NCBI GenBank assembly: GCA_963792585.1
Contig: CAWBWI010000003.1
Coordinates: forward strand, 1,088,001 to 1,152,000
DNA: 64,000 bases
From: Candidatus Eiseniibacteriota bacterium
GTDB lineage: Bacteria; Eisenbacteria; RBG-16-71-46; CAIMUX01; VGJL01
Reading direction: 5' to 3'
In this document: positions 42,552 through 54,669 of the stretch, in pieces
Numbering within the stretch: position 1 is the stretch's first letter
How the letters are laid out: every line of letters starts with the position of its first letter
Notes under the pieces: generated by a model
Told to the model about the DNA's origin: nothing
What the model saw: the letters and a program-made list of their open reading frames with translations, nothing else
Databases searched by the model: none
Position numbers and translations under genes: made by a program

Positions 42552-44510
42552 CTAGAGCAGGAAGACGCGGACGAGGACGTCCGTGATCCCGACGAGCGCC
42601 GCCCCCGCGATCATCCCCGCGCAGATCGGCTCCTGCGTCTCGACCCAGAGAAGATGTCCCCGAGTCGCAGTCCTCGGCTCGTAGCGGCGACGCATGAGCC
42701 AGAAGAAACCGGCCCCCGCGAACATCGCGATCGTCGAGTCGGGCGGGATCACGACTCCCAGACCGACGGCGAGCGGCGAAAGGGGGAATCCCTTGCGCCG
42801 GAGGATCCGCACCAGCTCGAGCCCGAGGCCCACCGCGGCCGCGATCGCCATCGCCACAACGGCCGACTGCGGGATGGGCGACTTCCCTTGGGAGAAGACG
42901 GCCGCAACCAGATCGGAAACCCCTTTCCACTGGAGTGCGGATGGAAAGCCGAACTGGCCGGTGATCATCACCTCCTGGAGGTTCATCCCGGGGCGGTAAT
43001 CCGACAGGAAGAGGACGTAGAAGAGCGGGGTGCTGGCGATCGCTCCCGCGACGATCCCGATGCAGTGGCCGATCGCCTGCTGGCGCGGTTTCGCGCCCAG
43101 CATGTATCCGGGTTTGATGTCCATCAGCAGGTTCGATGCGTTCGAGGCGACCTCGGTGCACATCGTCGCGGTCATCAGGTTGGTCGGCGGGTGGCGCGGG
43201 TGCAGCGTGCCGAAGAGAAACTGCGGAATCTTCGACAACGAGCCTGTGGGTGTGATTCCCGTGAGGGCCGTCGAATTGGCGGCGATCAGGGTCAGTAAGA
43301 TGATCAGCGGAATGGCGAGCGCGCCGAGATCGATCCGCACACCGAACCACACGTGGGCCATCCACACGCCCGCCGCGCCGATGACCGGAACGCCGACGAA
43401 CGAGATCCATACGGGGAACTCGATGTGCGCGACGACGTCCTGCCCGCTCTCCTTCTTCTTGAAGAAACCGGTGAACGCGCTGGCGATCATCTTCGGCTTG
43501 GCGAAGAGCGATGCGAGCGCGGCGGTGACCATGATCGCAATGCCCCACCAGAGGGCCCAGGTGTTCAGGACGTGGATCCGACTGAACGTTCCGTCGGGGC
43601 GCGCGTGGATCTCGCCTACCGAGATCATCCATGGCACGATCACGCAGAAGTTGAGGACCATGCCGACCAGCATGCTGACCGCCGCCCGGATCCCCATGAG
43701 ACCCCCCGCGCCGAACATCGCGAGGTCCATGGTCGCGGTCAGCCCGAGTTCGCGGATGTCCACGTTCGCGAGCTTGGGAATCGGCAGGCGGCCCTTGTCT
43801 GCGAGACCGTAGTACCAGGCGAAGAGGTTCTCGGGGAGGTGCCAGGCGTTCTTGAGGCCCATCACCCGCGTCTGGAGGAACCTCATGATGTTCTCGCCCG
43901 AGATGAACTTCAGTCCTCCGGCGATCAACGCCGCGTAAGCGAGCGCCTTGGCCTTGAAGAGCCCGACGGAAGCGTGGGAGGTGTAGAGCGTGTCGAGCAC
44001 GACGCCGCAGGCGCGGCCTTCGGGGAAGGGCTGCTGCTCGTCGTTGATGAAACGGCGTTTCATCGGAAAGGCGACGAGGACCCCGAGGAGGGAGAGGACG
44101 ACATTGAACCAGAGCATCTGCCACCACGGCATCAACCGATTCTGGACCATCATGTAGGCGGCCATTCCGGAGATCAAGGGGCCGGTCATGTAGCCGGCCG
44201 AAGTGGCAATCGACTGCATGCAGTTGTTCTCGAGAATCGTCATGTCCTTCGCGCCGAGGCGCGAGAGGACCTTGAACATCGCGAAGGCCAGGATGACGGA
44301 CGTGATGCCGACTCCCAAGGTCCAACCGGTCTTGGCACCGACGTACAGGTTCGTCGCCGACAGGATTCCGCCCAGCATGAAGCCGGTCAGCGCCGCCCGC
44401 AGGGTGAGTTGCGGCATGTCGCCCCGGAAGACGTTGGTGAGCCACCAGCGGTCCTTTTGCTCGCGGGACCAGGTACGGACCTGTTCTTCGGTCAGGTGCT
44501 GCAGGGCCAT
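42552..44510 (-). CDS. OPT family oligopeptide transporter
   Basis: QLTLRA, NLYVGAKTGW, LENNCMQS.A, PFPEG.A, DIKPG..LGA.PR.Q. Confidence 0.9.
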   Translation of the reverse strand: MALQHLTEEQVRTWSREQKDRWWLTNVFRGDMPQLTLRAALTGFMLGGILSATNLYVGAKTGWTLGVGITSVILAFAMFKVLSRLGAKDMTILENNCMQSIATSAGYMTGPLISGMAAYMMVQNRLMPWWQMLWFNVVLSLLGVLVAFPMKRRFINDEQQPFPEGRACGVVLDTLYTSHASVGLFKAKALAYAALIAGGLKFISGENIMRFLQTRVMGLKNAWHLPENLFAWYYGLADKGRLPIPKLANVDIRELGLTATMDLAMFGAGGLMGIRAAVSMLVGMVLNFCVIVPWMISVGEIHARPDGTFSRIHVLNTWALWWGIAIMVTAALASLFAKPKMIASAFTGFFKKKESGQDVVAHIEFPVWISFVGVPVIGAAGVWMAHVWFGVRIDLGALAIPLIILLTLIAANSTALTGITPTGSLSKIPQFLFGTLHPRHPPTNLMTATMCTEVASNASNLLMDIKPGYMLGAKPRQQAIGHCIGIVAGAIASTPLFYVLFLSDYRPGMNLQEVMITGQFGFPSALQWKGVSDLVAAVFSQGKSPIPQSAVVAMAIAAAVGLGLELVRILRRKGFPLSPLAVGLGVVIPPDSTIAMFAGAGFFWLMRRRYEPRTATRGHLLWVETQEPICAGMIAGAALVGITDVLVRVFLL

Positions 44511-44615
44511 CGTCCGGATCCTCCCCTCCTCGCATCCCGGTGCGCGTCGCGCGAAGGTTAGTGTGTCGAATCGTAGACTGCAACTCCACGGAGGTCGCGT
44601 CTGCCGATTGAAACG

Positions 44616-44648
44616 AATCGGGGCGGCCCTGCCGGGACCGCCCCGATT
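44616..44648 (-). terminator. Putative intrinsic terminator after the CoA-transferase gene
   Basis: AATCGGGGCGG...CCGCCCCGATT, an 11-bp stem followed by CGTTTC on the minus strand. Confidence 0.5.
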
Positions 44649-44670
44649 GATCTGCTCCGGAAACGTCCGC

Positions 44671-45969
44671 CTATGCGATCAGTTTCCGTTCCTTCGCCTG
44701 TGCCGTCAGCTCATCCTTGAACTTCGGATGCGCGATATTGATCAATGCCTCGCAGCGTTCGCGAAGGTTGCGCCCGAAGATGTGCGCCGCGCCGAACTCG
44801 GTCACGACGTAGTGGACGTCCGCACGCGTCGTCACGACCCCCGCACCCAGCTTCAGGAACGGTACGATTCTCGAGGTCGCTCCACCCTGCGCGCAAGCGG
44901 AGAGTGCGATGATCGGCTTGCCGCCCTTCGATTGAGCCGCGCCCCGGATGAAGTCGACCTGGCCCCCGAAGCCCGAGTAGATCCGCGGTCCGATCGAGTC
45001 GGAGCAGACCTGCCCGGTGAGGTCCACCTCGATCGCCGAGTTGATCGCGACCATGTTGTCGTTCTGACACACAACTGCGGGGTCGTTCACGTAGTCGGAC
45101 GGGTGCGACTCGAAGAGCGGGTTGTTGTCGAGGTACTTGTACAATCGTTCACTTCCCAGGGCGAAGGTCAAGATCGCCTTGCCCCGATGGAGCGACTTGC
45201 GGCGGCCCGTGATGATCCCCTTCTCGATCGCCTCCATCACGCCGTCGGAGACCATCTCGGTGTGGAGTCCGAGATCCTTCTTCCCCGCGATTTCCTTCAA
45301 GACCGCGTCCGGAACGCCGCCGATCCCGAGCTGCAGGGTCGCGCCGTCCTGGATCAATGGTCCGATGTGATGGGCGATCTGCTTCTCGACCTCGGTGATC
45401 TCGCGCCGTGGGAGCTCCGGGAGGGGGCGCGTGTTCTCCACGAAGCGACTCACTTGCGACACATGAATGAAAGCGTCGCCGAGAATCCTCGGCATGTTCT
45501 CGTTCACCTGCGCGATGATGATCTTCGCACAGTCGCATGCGCCCTTGGTCGCGAGGGTCTCGACGCCGAAGCTGCAGAAGCCGTGCTCGTCCGGAGGGGA
45601 AACCTGGATGATCGACACGTCCAGGGGGATGATCCCATCGCGGAAGAGGCGGGGGATCTGGTAGAGGAAGACGGGAACGTAGTCGGCCCGCCCCTCGTTG
45701 ATCGCCGGACGATCCGCGGGGCCGACGAACAGGCTGTTGTGGCGGAAGTGCCCACGGAACTCCGGGCCGCCTATAGGGTCTTCCCCGAGCAGGAGGACGT
45801 GGTTCAGCTGGACGTTTTCGAGTTCGTCGCGGCGATTGATCAGAGCTTCGATCAAAGGAAACGGGGTCGCCGCGTTTCCGCTGTAGTAGACGCGGTGGCC
45901 GCTCTGGATGAGCTTGACGGCCTTCTCTGCTGTCGTGAGCTTGGCCTTGTAGTCCTCGAACCAGGACAT
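44671..45969 (-). CDS. Acetyl-CoA hydrolase/transferase (4-hydroxybutyrate CoA-transferase-like)
   Basis: LQLGIGG.P, HTEM, EVDLTGQV, SGFGGQVDF.RGA, VVTEFG.A. Confidence 0.9.
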   Translation of the reverse strand: MSWFEDYKAKLTTAEKAVKLIQSGHRVYYSGNAATPFPLIEALINRRDELENVQLNHVLLLGEDPIGGPEFRGHFRHNSLFVGPADRPAINEGRADYVPVFLYQIPRLFRDGIIPLDVSIIQVSPPDEHGFCSFGVETLATKGACDCAKIIIAQVNENMPRILGDAFIHVSQVSRFVENTRPLPELPRREITEVEKQIAHHIGPLIQDGATLQLGIGGVPDAVLKEIAGKKDLGLHTEMVSDGVMEAIEKGIITGRRKSLHRGKAILTFALGSERLYKYLDNNPLFESHPSDYVNDPAVVCQNDNMVAINSAIEVDLTGQVCSDSIGPRIYSGFGGQVDFIRGAAQSKGGKPIIALSACAQGGATSRIVPFLKLGAGVVTTRADVHYVVTEFGAAHIFGRNLRERCEALINIAHPKFKDELTAQAKERKLIA

Positions 45970-45970
45970 C

Positions 45971-47104
45971 TCAGAACCTCCCCTCCCCACCCAAGAGCGA
46001 AGCGATCGGCCGGTACTCCAGGCCGAAAAGCGATGCGATCGTCTCCTGCGTGACGGTGCCGCGGTACATGCAGCATCCGCGCGCAAGCGCCGGGCTCTGC
46101 GCGAGAGCCCCTTCCATGCCGTGCCGCGCGATCCTCTCGAGGAAGCCGATGTGCGCATGGGTGAGGGCCTTGCTCGCGGTACGGGGAATGTTCGCGGTCA
46201 TGTTGCCGACGCAGTAGTGAACGACGTCCGCGAAGACGAACGTCGGATCGTCGATCGTTGTCGGCCGGCTGGTCTCGACGCAGCCTCCTTGGTCGATCGA
46301 TATGTCGAGAATGACCGACCCTGGGCGCATCGTGGCGACCATTTCCTTCGTGACGATGTAGGGGGCCTGCCCTCCCGGCACCAGGACCGCGCCGATGACG
46401 ACATCCGCGAACTGGACGTACCTCGCGATGTTCTCGCGGTCGGCCGTGCTCGTGACGACCCTGCCGCCGTAGGCGTCCACCACCTTGCTGAGCTTCTCGA
46501 TGTCCTTGTCCATGACGATCACGTGGGCGCCGCTGCCGACCGCCGCCTCCGCCGCAGCGAGGCCGGCGGTGCCGGCGCCGAGGATCAGCACGGTCGCTGG
46601 CGGGATCCCCGCGCTCGATCCGAGGAGGATTCCGCGGCCACCGCTCTCCCGCTGGAGGAGGTGGGCGGCGGTCTGGACCGTCATCTGTCCCGCCAACTGG
46701 CTCATGGCGTGGAGAACCGGCCGGTGCTCGATATCATCGGCGATCATCTCGTAGCCGATCGCCGTCAGACGCCGGTTGTTCATCTCCGAGACGAGGCTCT
46801 TCGGCGCCACGGCGAGATGCCAGAACGCCAGCAAGACCTGTCCTTCGCTCGTGAGCGCGACTTCTTCCATCGTCGGGGCGTTGACCCCGGCGACGACCTG
46901 GCAGCGGCGGTAGACCTCTTCTCGACGGAAGACGACCTCAGCGCCCGCCTCACGGTAAGCCGCGTCCGGGAATCGGGACGATTCACCCGCCCCCGTCTCC
47001 ACGAACACTCGATGCCCAAGGTCGACCAGAATATGAACGCCGCGCGGCGTCATGCCGACGCGGTGTTCCGTGCGGTGTCGCTCCAGCGGGACCCCGAAGT
47101 CCAT
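45971..47104 (-). CDS. ald: Alanine dehydrogenase family protein (atypical active site)
   Basis: EHRV, ETGAG, HLA, YE, G.LLG..G.PA, GAGTAG, DISIDQGGCVETS, HYCV.NM. Confidence 0.8.
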   Translation of the reverse strand: MDFGVPLERHRTEHRVGMTPRGVHILVDLGHRVFVETGAGESSRFPDAAYREAGAEVVFRREEVYRRCQVVAGVNAPTMEEVALTSEGQVLLAFWHLAVAPKSLVSEMNNRRLTAIGYEMIADDIEHRPVLHAMSQLAGQMTVQTAAHLLQRESGGRGILLGSSAGIPPATVLILGAGTAGLAAAEAAVGSGAHVIVMDKDIEKLSKVVDAYGGRVVTSTADRENIARYVQFADVVIGAVLVPGGQAPYIVTKEMVATMRPGSVILDISIDQGGCVETSRPTTIDDPTFVFADVVHYCVGNMTANIPRTASKALTHAHIGFLERIARHGMEGALAQSPALARGCCMYRGTVTQETIASLFGLEYRPIASLLGGEGRF

Positions 47105-47311
47105 CGCACTTTCCTCCTTCCCATCACAAACCCCGTCCCAATGCCATGGACGGGCACAGTATAGAAGATCGGCGGATACCGAGCCAAGCTCCACGCAAGA
47201 AGATCTCATGATACACCGGATCAACCCGATGAAGAGTGCTATCTTGGAAGGTCCGTTGGGGGTGCCGGGTCGCCGTTGGGACGACCCGCGCGGATCCCCC
47301 GGGAGGGGCCC

Positions 47312-47716
47312 ATGATCCGGACCGGCAGCTACAACATCTCCATCGACGTGCCGTTTCCCTACGAGGTGGCGCGGGAGCGCACCGTCGGCGCCCTCAAGGA
47401 CCAGGGTTTCGGAGTTCTCACCGAGATCGACGTCAAGGCGACGATGAAGGCGAAGCTGGATGTCGAGTTCCGCAAGTACGCGATCCTCGGCGCCTGCAAT
47501 CCGCCGCTGGCGCACAAAGCCCTCACCGCCGAGATCGATCTGGGCGTCCTGCTTCCGTGCAACGTGGTCGTCTATGAGAAGGATCCCAACAGCTCGACCA
47601 TCGTCGCGATCGATCCGGTCGTCCAGCTCTCCAAGGTCGGCCGGCCGGACATGGCCGAATTCGCCACGGAAGTCCGCAACCGGATGATCAAGGTTCTCGA
47701 GGCGGTCGCCGGCTGA
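47312..47716 (+). CDS. DUF302 family protein
   Basis: GFGVLTEIDV, ILGACNP, LLPCNVVV. Confidence 0.88.
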   Translation: MIRTGSYNISIDVPFPYEVARERTVGALKDQGFGVLTEIDVKATMKAKLDVEFRKYAILGACNPPLAHKALTAEIDLGVLLPCNVVVYEKDPNSSTIVAIDPVVQLSKVGRPDMAEFATEVRNRMIKVLEAVAG

Positions 47717-47721
47717 GCCCG

Positions 47722-48753
47722 ATGTATCTTGGAGTCGAGACCTCCTGCGACGATACGTGCGCGGCCGTCCTCACCACGGAAGGTCGTGCGCTCTCCTCGG
47801 TCGTTTCGAGCCAGCTCGTCCATGCCGAGTACATCGGCGTCGTGCCGGAGCTCGCTTCCCGCGAGCACCTGCGGCTCGGGCTCACGACGATTCGACTCGC
47901 GCTCGAGCAGGCCGGGATCCCGCTGGACGACCTGCGGGGAATCGCGGTCACGCAAGGCCCGGGCCTGGTCGGCTGTCTCCTCGTCGGGCTCGGTCTCGCC
48001 AAGGGGATCGCCCTCGCCAGGGGGATTCCCATCGTCGGAGTGAACCACATCGAGGGCCATCTCCACGCGATCCGGGCGGAGAGGGATTGGCGTCCGCCGT
48101 TCGTCGCCATGGCGGTCTCCGGAGGGCACACGGAATTGCTGCACGTCGAGGATTGGGGGCGCTATCTGCTCCTGGGGGCGACGCGGGACGATGCCGCGGG
48201 GGAGGCCTTCGACAAGGTCGCGAAGCTCCTGCATCTCGGCTATCCGGGCGGACCGGTCGTCGACCGTCTGGCCCGGGAGGGGCGCGGAGACGCGATCGCC
48301 TTTCCCCGGGCGTATCTGGACCTGGGTAAGGGAGACCTGGACGTCTCGTTCAGCGGCCTCAAGACCGCCGTTAAACTCTTCCTGGAACGGGACCCCGACT
48401 GGTCGGCCGGCAGCCCCCGCGACGGTTTCGTCGCGGACGTCTGCGCGAGCTTCCAGACGGCCCTGGTCGACGTCCTGATCGCGAAAATCGAGGCCGCCGT
48501 TGCGAGGACGAAGGCGCCGCGCGTACTTCTGAGCGGCGGGGTGGCCTGCAACACCTACCTGCGCCGCCGGGCGACGACGATGGGGGAGCGTTTGGGGGTC
48601 GAGGTCGCCTATCCGACGCCGAAGCTCTGCGCCGACAACGCCGTCATGATCGGCCTCGCCGGCCTGGATCGCCTGAATGCCGGGCAGGACGACGGGATGA
48701 CCCTATCCGCCCTGCCCAACCTCGACGACTTTCCCGCCTTCGCGGACCGCTAG
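47722..48753 (+). CDS. tsaD: tRNA N6-adenosine threonylcarbamoyltransferase
   Basis: ETSCDDT, VVPELASR.H, GPGL, HIEGH, VSGGHT, DDAAGEAFDK, SFSGLKT, GGVA.N, DNA.MI. Confidence 0.95.
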   Translation: MYLGVETSCDDTCAAVLTTEGRALSSVVSSQLVHAEYIGVVPELASREHLRLGLTTIRLALEQAGIPLDDLRGIAVTQGPGLVGCLLVGLGLAKGIALARGIPIVGVNHIEGHLHAIRAERDWRPPFVAMAVSGGHTELLHVEDWGRYLLLGATRDDAAGEAFDKVAKLLHLGYPGGPVVDRLAREGRGDAIAFPRAYLDLGKGDLDVSFSGLKTAVKLFLERDPDWSAGSPRDGFVADVCASFQTALVDVLIAKIEAAVARTKAPRVLLSGGVACNTYLRRRATTMGERLGVEVAYPTPKLCADNAVMIGLAGLDRLNAGQDDGMTLSALPNLDDFPAFADR

Positions 48754-50957
48754 CCGCGTCCTCCCCGCGCCGTCTTCATCTTCCAGTAGGTCATCGTGAC
48801 CGCGATCAGGAGCGGGACGACGCCGAGCCAGATGAAGATCATGTCGCCGGGCAGGCGGGCCCACTCGAGCGTGTGCAGGATTCCGTGCTGAAGGAACTCG
48901 GGCTGCCGGGCATGCCAGTAACCGTTCTTCAGGACATCGGCGAGCTGGATGATCCCCCCGGGGATCAGGCTCGTGACCATCATCAGGACGAGGCCGATGT
49001 TGAGTCCCCAGAACGAGACCTTCACGAATCGCTCGGTCTTGACCCATTGCTCGGCGCTCGAGACCTGTCGGATCGCAAAGACCAGCAGGGCGACCGCGAG
49101 CATGCCGAAGACCCCCATCATGGCCGCGTGCCCGTGATTCGCCGTGAGAATCGTCCCGACCTCGTAGTAGCTGACGATCGGCATATTGATCAGGAATCCG
49201 AAGATGCCCGCGCCGACGAAGTTCCAGACGCCGACCGACATCAGGAAGTAGAAGGTCCACTTGTGAGGGACCGAGACCGGTTTGTGGCAGACATCGCAAA
49301 CGCCTCGAGTCAGTCTCACGAAGTCCCACGCATCCAGGGTCAGGAGTGTCAGGGGAACGACCTCCATCGCGGAGAAGACCGCCGCAAGGGCCATGGTGAC
49401 ATTCGACTGTCCCGTCCAGTACCAGTGATGACCCGTACCGATGATTCCGCTCCCCAGATAGAGCAGGGCATCCAGGTAGACCACCCGCGCCGCCGTCGTA
49501 TGCGAGACGATTCCCAGCTTGTAGAAGATGGCCGCGACCATGACCGTCACGAACAGTTCGAAGAATCCCTCGACCCAGAGGTGAATGATCCAGAACCGCC
49601 ACGTGTCGACCACGGTGAAGTTGCTCCGGCTCCCGAAGAAGAGGGCCGGCAGGTAGAAGAGCGGGATCGCGATCGCCGCGTAGAGGAAGAGAGAGGAGAC
49701 CTGGCCCTTCTCCGGATCGCGGCGCGACGGCGCTACCGCGCGGAAGAGCAGGACCAACCAGAGCACCAGGCCGGCCGCGAGGAGAAACTGCCAGATCCTG
49801 CCGAGGTCGAGGTACTCCCACCCCTGGTGACCAAGCCAGAACCAGAGCTTCGGCATCATCCCGCGGACCCCGAGGTACTCGCCGACCAAGCTACCGGCGA
49901 CCACGAGCACCAGGGCTCCGAAGAGCACGTGCGTCCACCGGGTCTGGCCCTTCGGGTCCCCGCCGCCCAGCACGGGCGCCAGAAAGAGCCCGCCGGCCAC
50001 GTAGGCGGTCGCGACCCAGAAGATCGCAAGCTGAAGGTGCCAGGTCCGCAGGATGGAACTCGGGAAGAGACGCGAAACGTCAAAGCCGTAGAAGCTGCCC
50101 GGATCGGCGCGGAAGTGCGCGACCCCGCCGCCCACGAGCGCCTGAACGAGGAAGAGGGCCGCGACCGCCACGAAGTACTTGATCGTTGCCCGCTGGCTCG
50201 CCGTTCCCTCGCCCGGGATCATCTGCGGGTGGATGTGGTCGCCTTTCCGCTTCCAGCCGAGGTAGTCGAACTTGCCGAAGACGAACAGGACCAAGGCGAT
50301 TCCACCCAGAAGGGTGATCAAACTCAGCGCGCTCCACAACAAGGCGGCGTCGGGCGGATGGTTCCCCGCCTGCGGGTCGTAGGGGAAGTTGTTCGTGTAG
50401 GAATAGGGCTTCCCCGGGCGCGGGGCGTAGGACGCCCATGCGGTCCATGCAAAGAACGCGGTGAGGTCTTCGATCTCCTTTGGATCCGAGATGTAGCTCG
50501 CGGGCAGCCCGGCGTTCCGCGTCGGCTCCGAGAAGTAATCCGCCCACTTGGCGATCTGTCCCCGGTACGAGGAAGCTTCGACTTCCGAAAACGACAAGAT
50601 CCCCGTTCGCGGGTCGTACCGGTTCTGCTTGAGGATGGCTGGGCCGGCGCCATCCAGGGTGAGCGTGTGGAGGTACTCGGCGGAGAAGTCGGGACCCAGA
50701 TAGGCGCCGTGGCCCCAGATCGTCCCGTTCTCCATGAGCCCGTATTTCAGGAACACCTGCTGGCCTGTCTTGATGTCGTTTCCCGTGAAGAGGACCTCGC
50801 CGGACGGACTCTGAACCGTCTCGGGGATCGGCGGGGCATCCTTGTAGGAACGTACGGCCAGGGTGATCAGAACGGTGAACCCGAAGATCAGAACGAGGAT
50901 GACCGAGTGCCTCCACCAGGGGGACAGGCGGTCCGTCGTAAGGCGCGGTGACTCCAT
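48750..50957 (-). CDS. norZ: Quinol-dependent nitric oxide reductase (qNor)
   Basis: GHGAYLGPD, YTNNFP, RTWHLQ, GWEYL, HLWVEGFFE, GTGHH, HGHAA. Confidence 0.92.
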   Translation of the reverse strand: MESPRLTTDRLSPWWRHSVILVLIFGFTVLITLAVRSYKDAPPIPETVQSPSGEVLFTGNDIKTGQQVFLKYGLMENGTIWGHGAYLGPDFSAEYLHTLTLDGAGPAILKQNRYDPRTGILSFSEVEASSYRGQIAKWADYFSEPTRNAGLPASYISDPKEIEDLTAFFAWTAWASYAPRPGKPYSYTNNFPYDPQAGNHPPDAALLWSALSLITLLGGIALVLFVFGKFDYLGWKRKGDHIHPQMIPGEGTASQRATIKYFVAVAALFLVQALVGGGVAHFRADPGSFYGFDVSRLFPSSILRTWHLQLAIFWVATAYVAGGLFLAPVLGGGDPKGQTRWTHVLFGALVLVVAGSLVGEYLGVRGMMPKLWFWLGHQGWEYLDLGRIWQFLLAAGLVLWLVLLFRAVAPSRRDPEKGQVSSLFLYAAIAIPLFYLPALFFGSRSNFTVVDTWRFWIIHLWVEGFFELFVTVMVAAIFYKLGIVSHTTAARVVYLDALLYLGSGIIGTGHHWYWTGQSNVTMALAAVFSAMEVVPLTLLTLDAWDFVRLTRGVCDVCHKPVSVPHKWTFYFLMSVGVWNFVGAGIFGFLINMPIVSYYEVGTILTANHGHAAMMGVFGMLAVALLVFAIRQVSSAEQWVKTERFVKVSFWGLNIGLVLMMVTSLIPGGIIQLADVLKNGYWHARQPEFLQHGILHTLEWARLPGDMIFIWLGVVPLLIAVTMTYWKMKTARGGRG

Positions 50958-51055
50958 CTATTGGCCTCCCTCAGGGCGCGATTTCCGTTTGGGCCGGACG
51001 GGGATCATCCTCCCCGCCGGACCGTTCCAGATTGCACGGATGCGGCCTCTCAGGG

Positions 51056-51071
51056 GATGACCTAGATCACA
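51056..51071. promoter_or_regulatory. Putative CRP/FNR-family (Dnr/NnrR/HcpR-like) operator
   Basis: GATGA-N6-TCACA flanked by GGG/CCCC, about 100 nt upstream of the qNor start. Confidence 0.5.
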
Positions 51072-51245
51072 CCCCGGGGTGTCGACACAAGCTTTCCGAT
51101 CTGATATAAACGGGCGGTTCCGGTCTGTTTCAGCCCGGTTCCTGGGTGCTGAAGCGTCTGCGGTTGCGCAGGCGGCCAACTCCCTCCCGGCGCGGGGATT
51201 CGTGGGGCCCGCGCTTCCATCCGATGGTCACCTGAGGGGGTCGAA

Positions 51246-53700
<2,455 letters not shown>

Positions 53701-53706
53701 CGTCGA

Positions 53707-54669
53707 TCAAGATCCCATTCCGCCCGGCGGGGAAGATGCTTCGGCGTCCTTTCCCGCCGGGCTCTTGACGACGATCGATGCGACGACGGATCCGCCGATC
53801 AGGAGCAGGATCACCGCCAGAGAGAGCAGGATCGGGATCTTGTAGACGTCGGCCAGGAGCATCTTCGCCCCCACGAAGCAGAGGGTCGTCGACAGCCCCA
53901 CCTTGAGAAAGCGGAAGAGCCCCATCATCCCGCCCAGCAGGAAATAGAGGGCTCTGAGCCCGAGGATCGCGAAGACGTTCGACGTGTAGACGATGAACGA
54001 GTCCTGGCTGACCGCGAGAATCGCCGGGATCGAGTCGACGGCGAAGATCACGTCGGTCGTCTCGATTGCCACCAGAACGATGAACAGCGGGGTGGCCCAG
54101 GTCCGTCCGTCCCGCCGGACGAAGAAACGCGATCCCACGAAGTCCGGGGTCACCGGGAAGAGCCGTCGAACGAGCCGCAGCACGGGGTTTCTTTCCGGAT
54201 GCGTCTCCTCCGCGCGAAGAAAGAGCATGCGAACCCCCGTGAACAGCAGGAAGAGACCGAAGACGTACATCGTCCAGTGAAATGCCGCGAGGAGCGCCGT
54301 TCCGACGAGTATGAAGATCGCCCGGAGGATGAGAGCCCCGAGGATTCCCCAGAAGAGGACCTTGTGCTGGAATGCGGGCGGTACCGCGAAGACGGTGAAG
54401 AGCATCAGGAAGACGAAGAGGTTGTCGACCGACAGGGACTTCTCGATGACGTATCCCGTCAGGTACTCGAGCGCCTTCTCCTTCCCCATGGCGTTCCAGA
54501 TGATCCCGGCGAATATCAACGCAAGCGTCACCCAGACAGCACTCCAGATCGCGGACTCGCGCATTCCCACGGCATGGCTCTTGCGGTGGAAGAGCCCCAG
54601 GTCGATTGCGAGCATCGCGACGACGAATGCGTTGAATGCGATCCACATCCAAACCGGCTGGTGCGTCAC
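53707..54669 (-). CDS. TerC/Alx family metal homeostasis membrane protein
   Basis: EKSLSVDNLFVF, GILGALILR, ETTDVIFAVDSIPA, SNVFAILGLR. Confidence 0.92.
   Translation of the reverse strand: MTHQPVWMWIAFNAFVVAMLAIDLGLFHRKSHAVGMRESAIWSAVWVTLALIFAGIIWNAMGKEKALEYLTGYVIEKSLSVDNLFVFLMLFTVFAVPPAFQHKVLFWGILGALILRAIFILVGTALLAAFHWTMYVFGLFLLFTGVRMLFLRAEETHPERNPVLRLVRRLFPVTPDFVGSRFFVRRDGRTWATPLFIVLVAIETTDVIFAVDSIPAILAVSQDSFIVYTSNVFAILGLRALYFLLGGMMGLFRFLKVGLSTTLCFVGAKMLLADVYKIPILLSLAVILLLIGGSVVASIVVKSPAGKDAEASSPPGGMGS

Noticed and set aside
48750..50957. NO dismutase (Nod)
   Set aside because: The canonical qNor HLWVEG, GTGHH and RTWH residues are retained.
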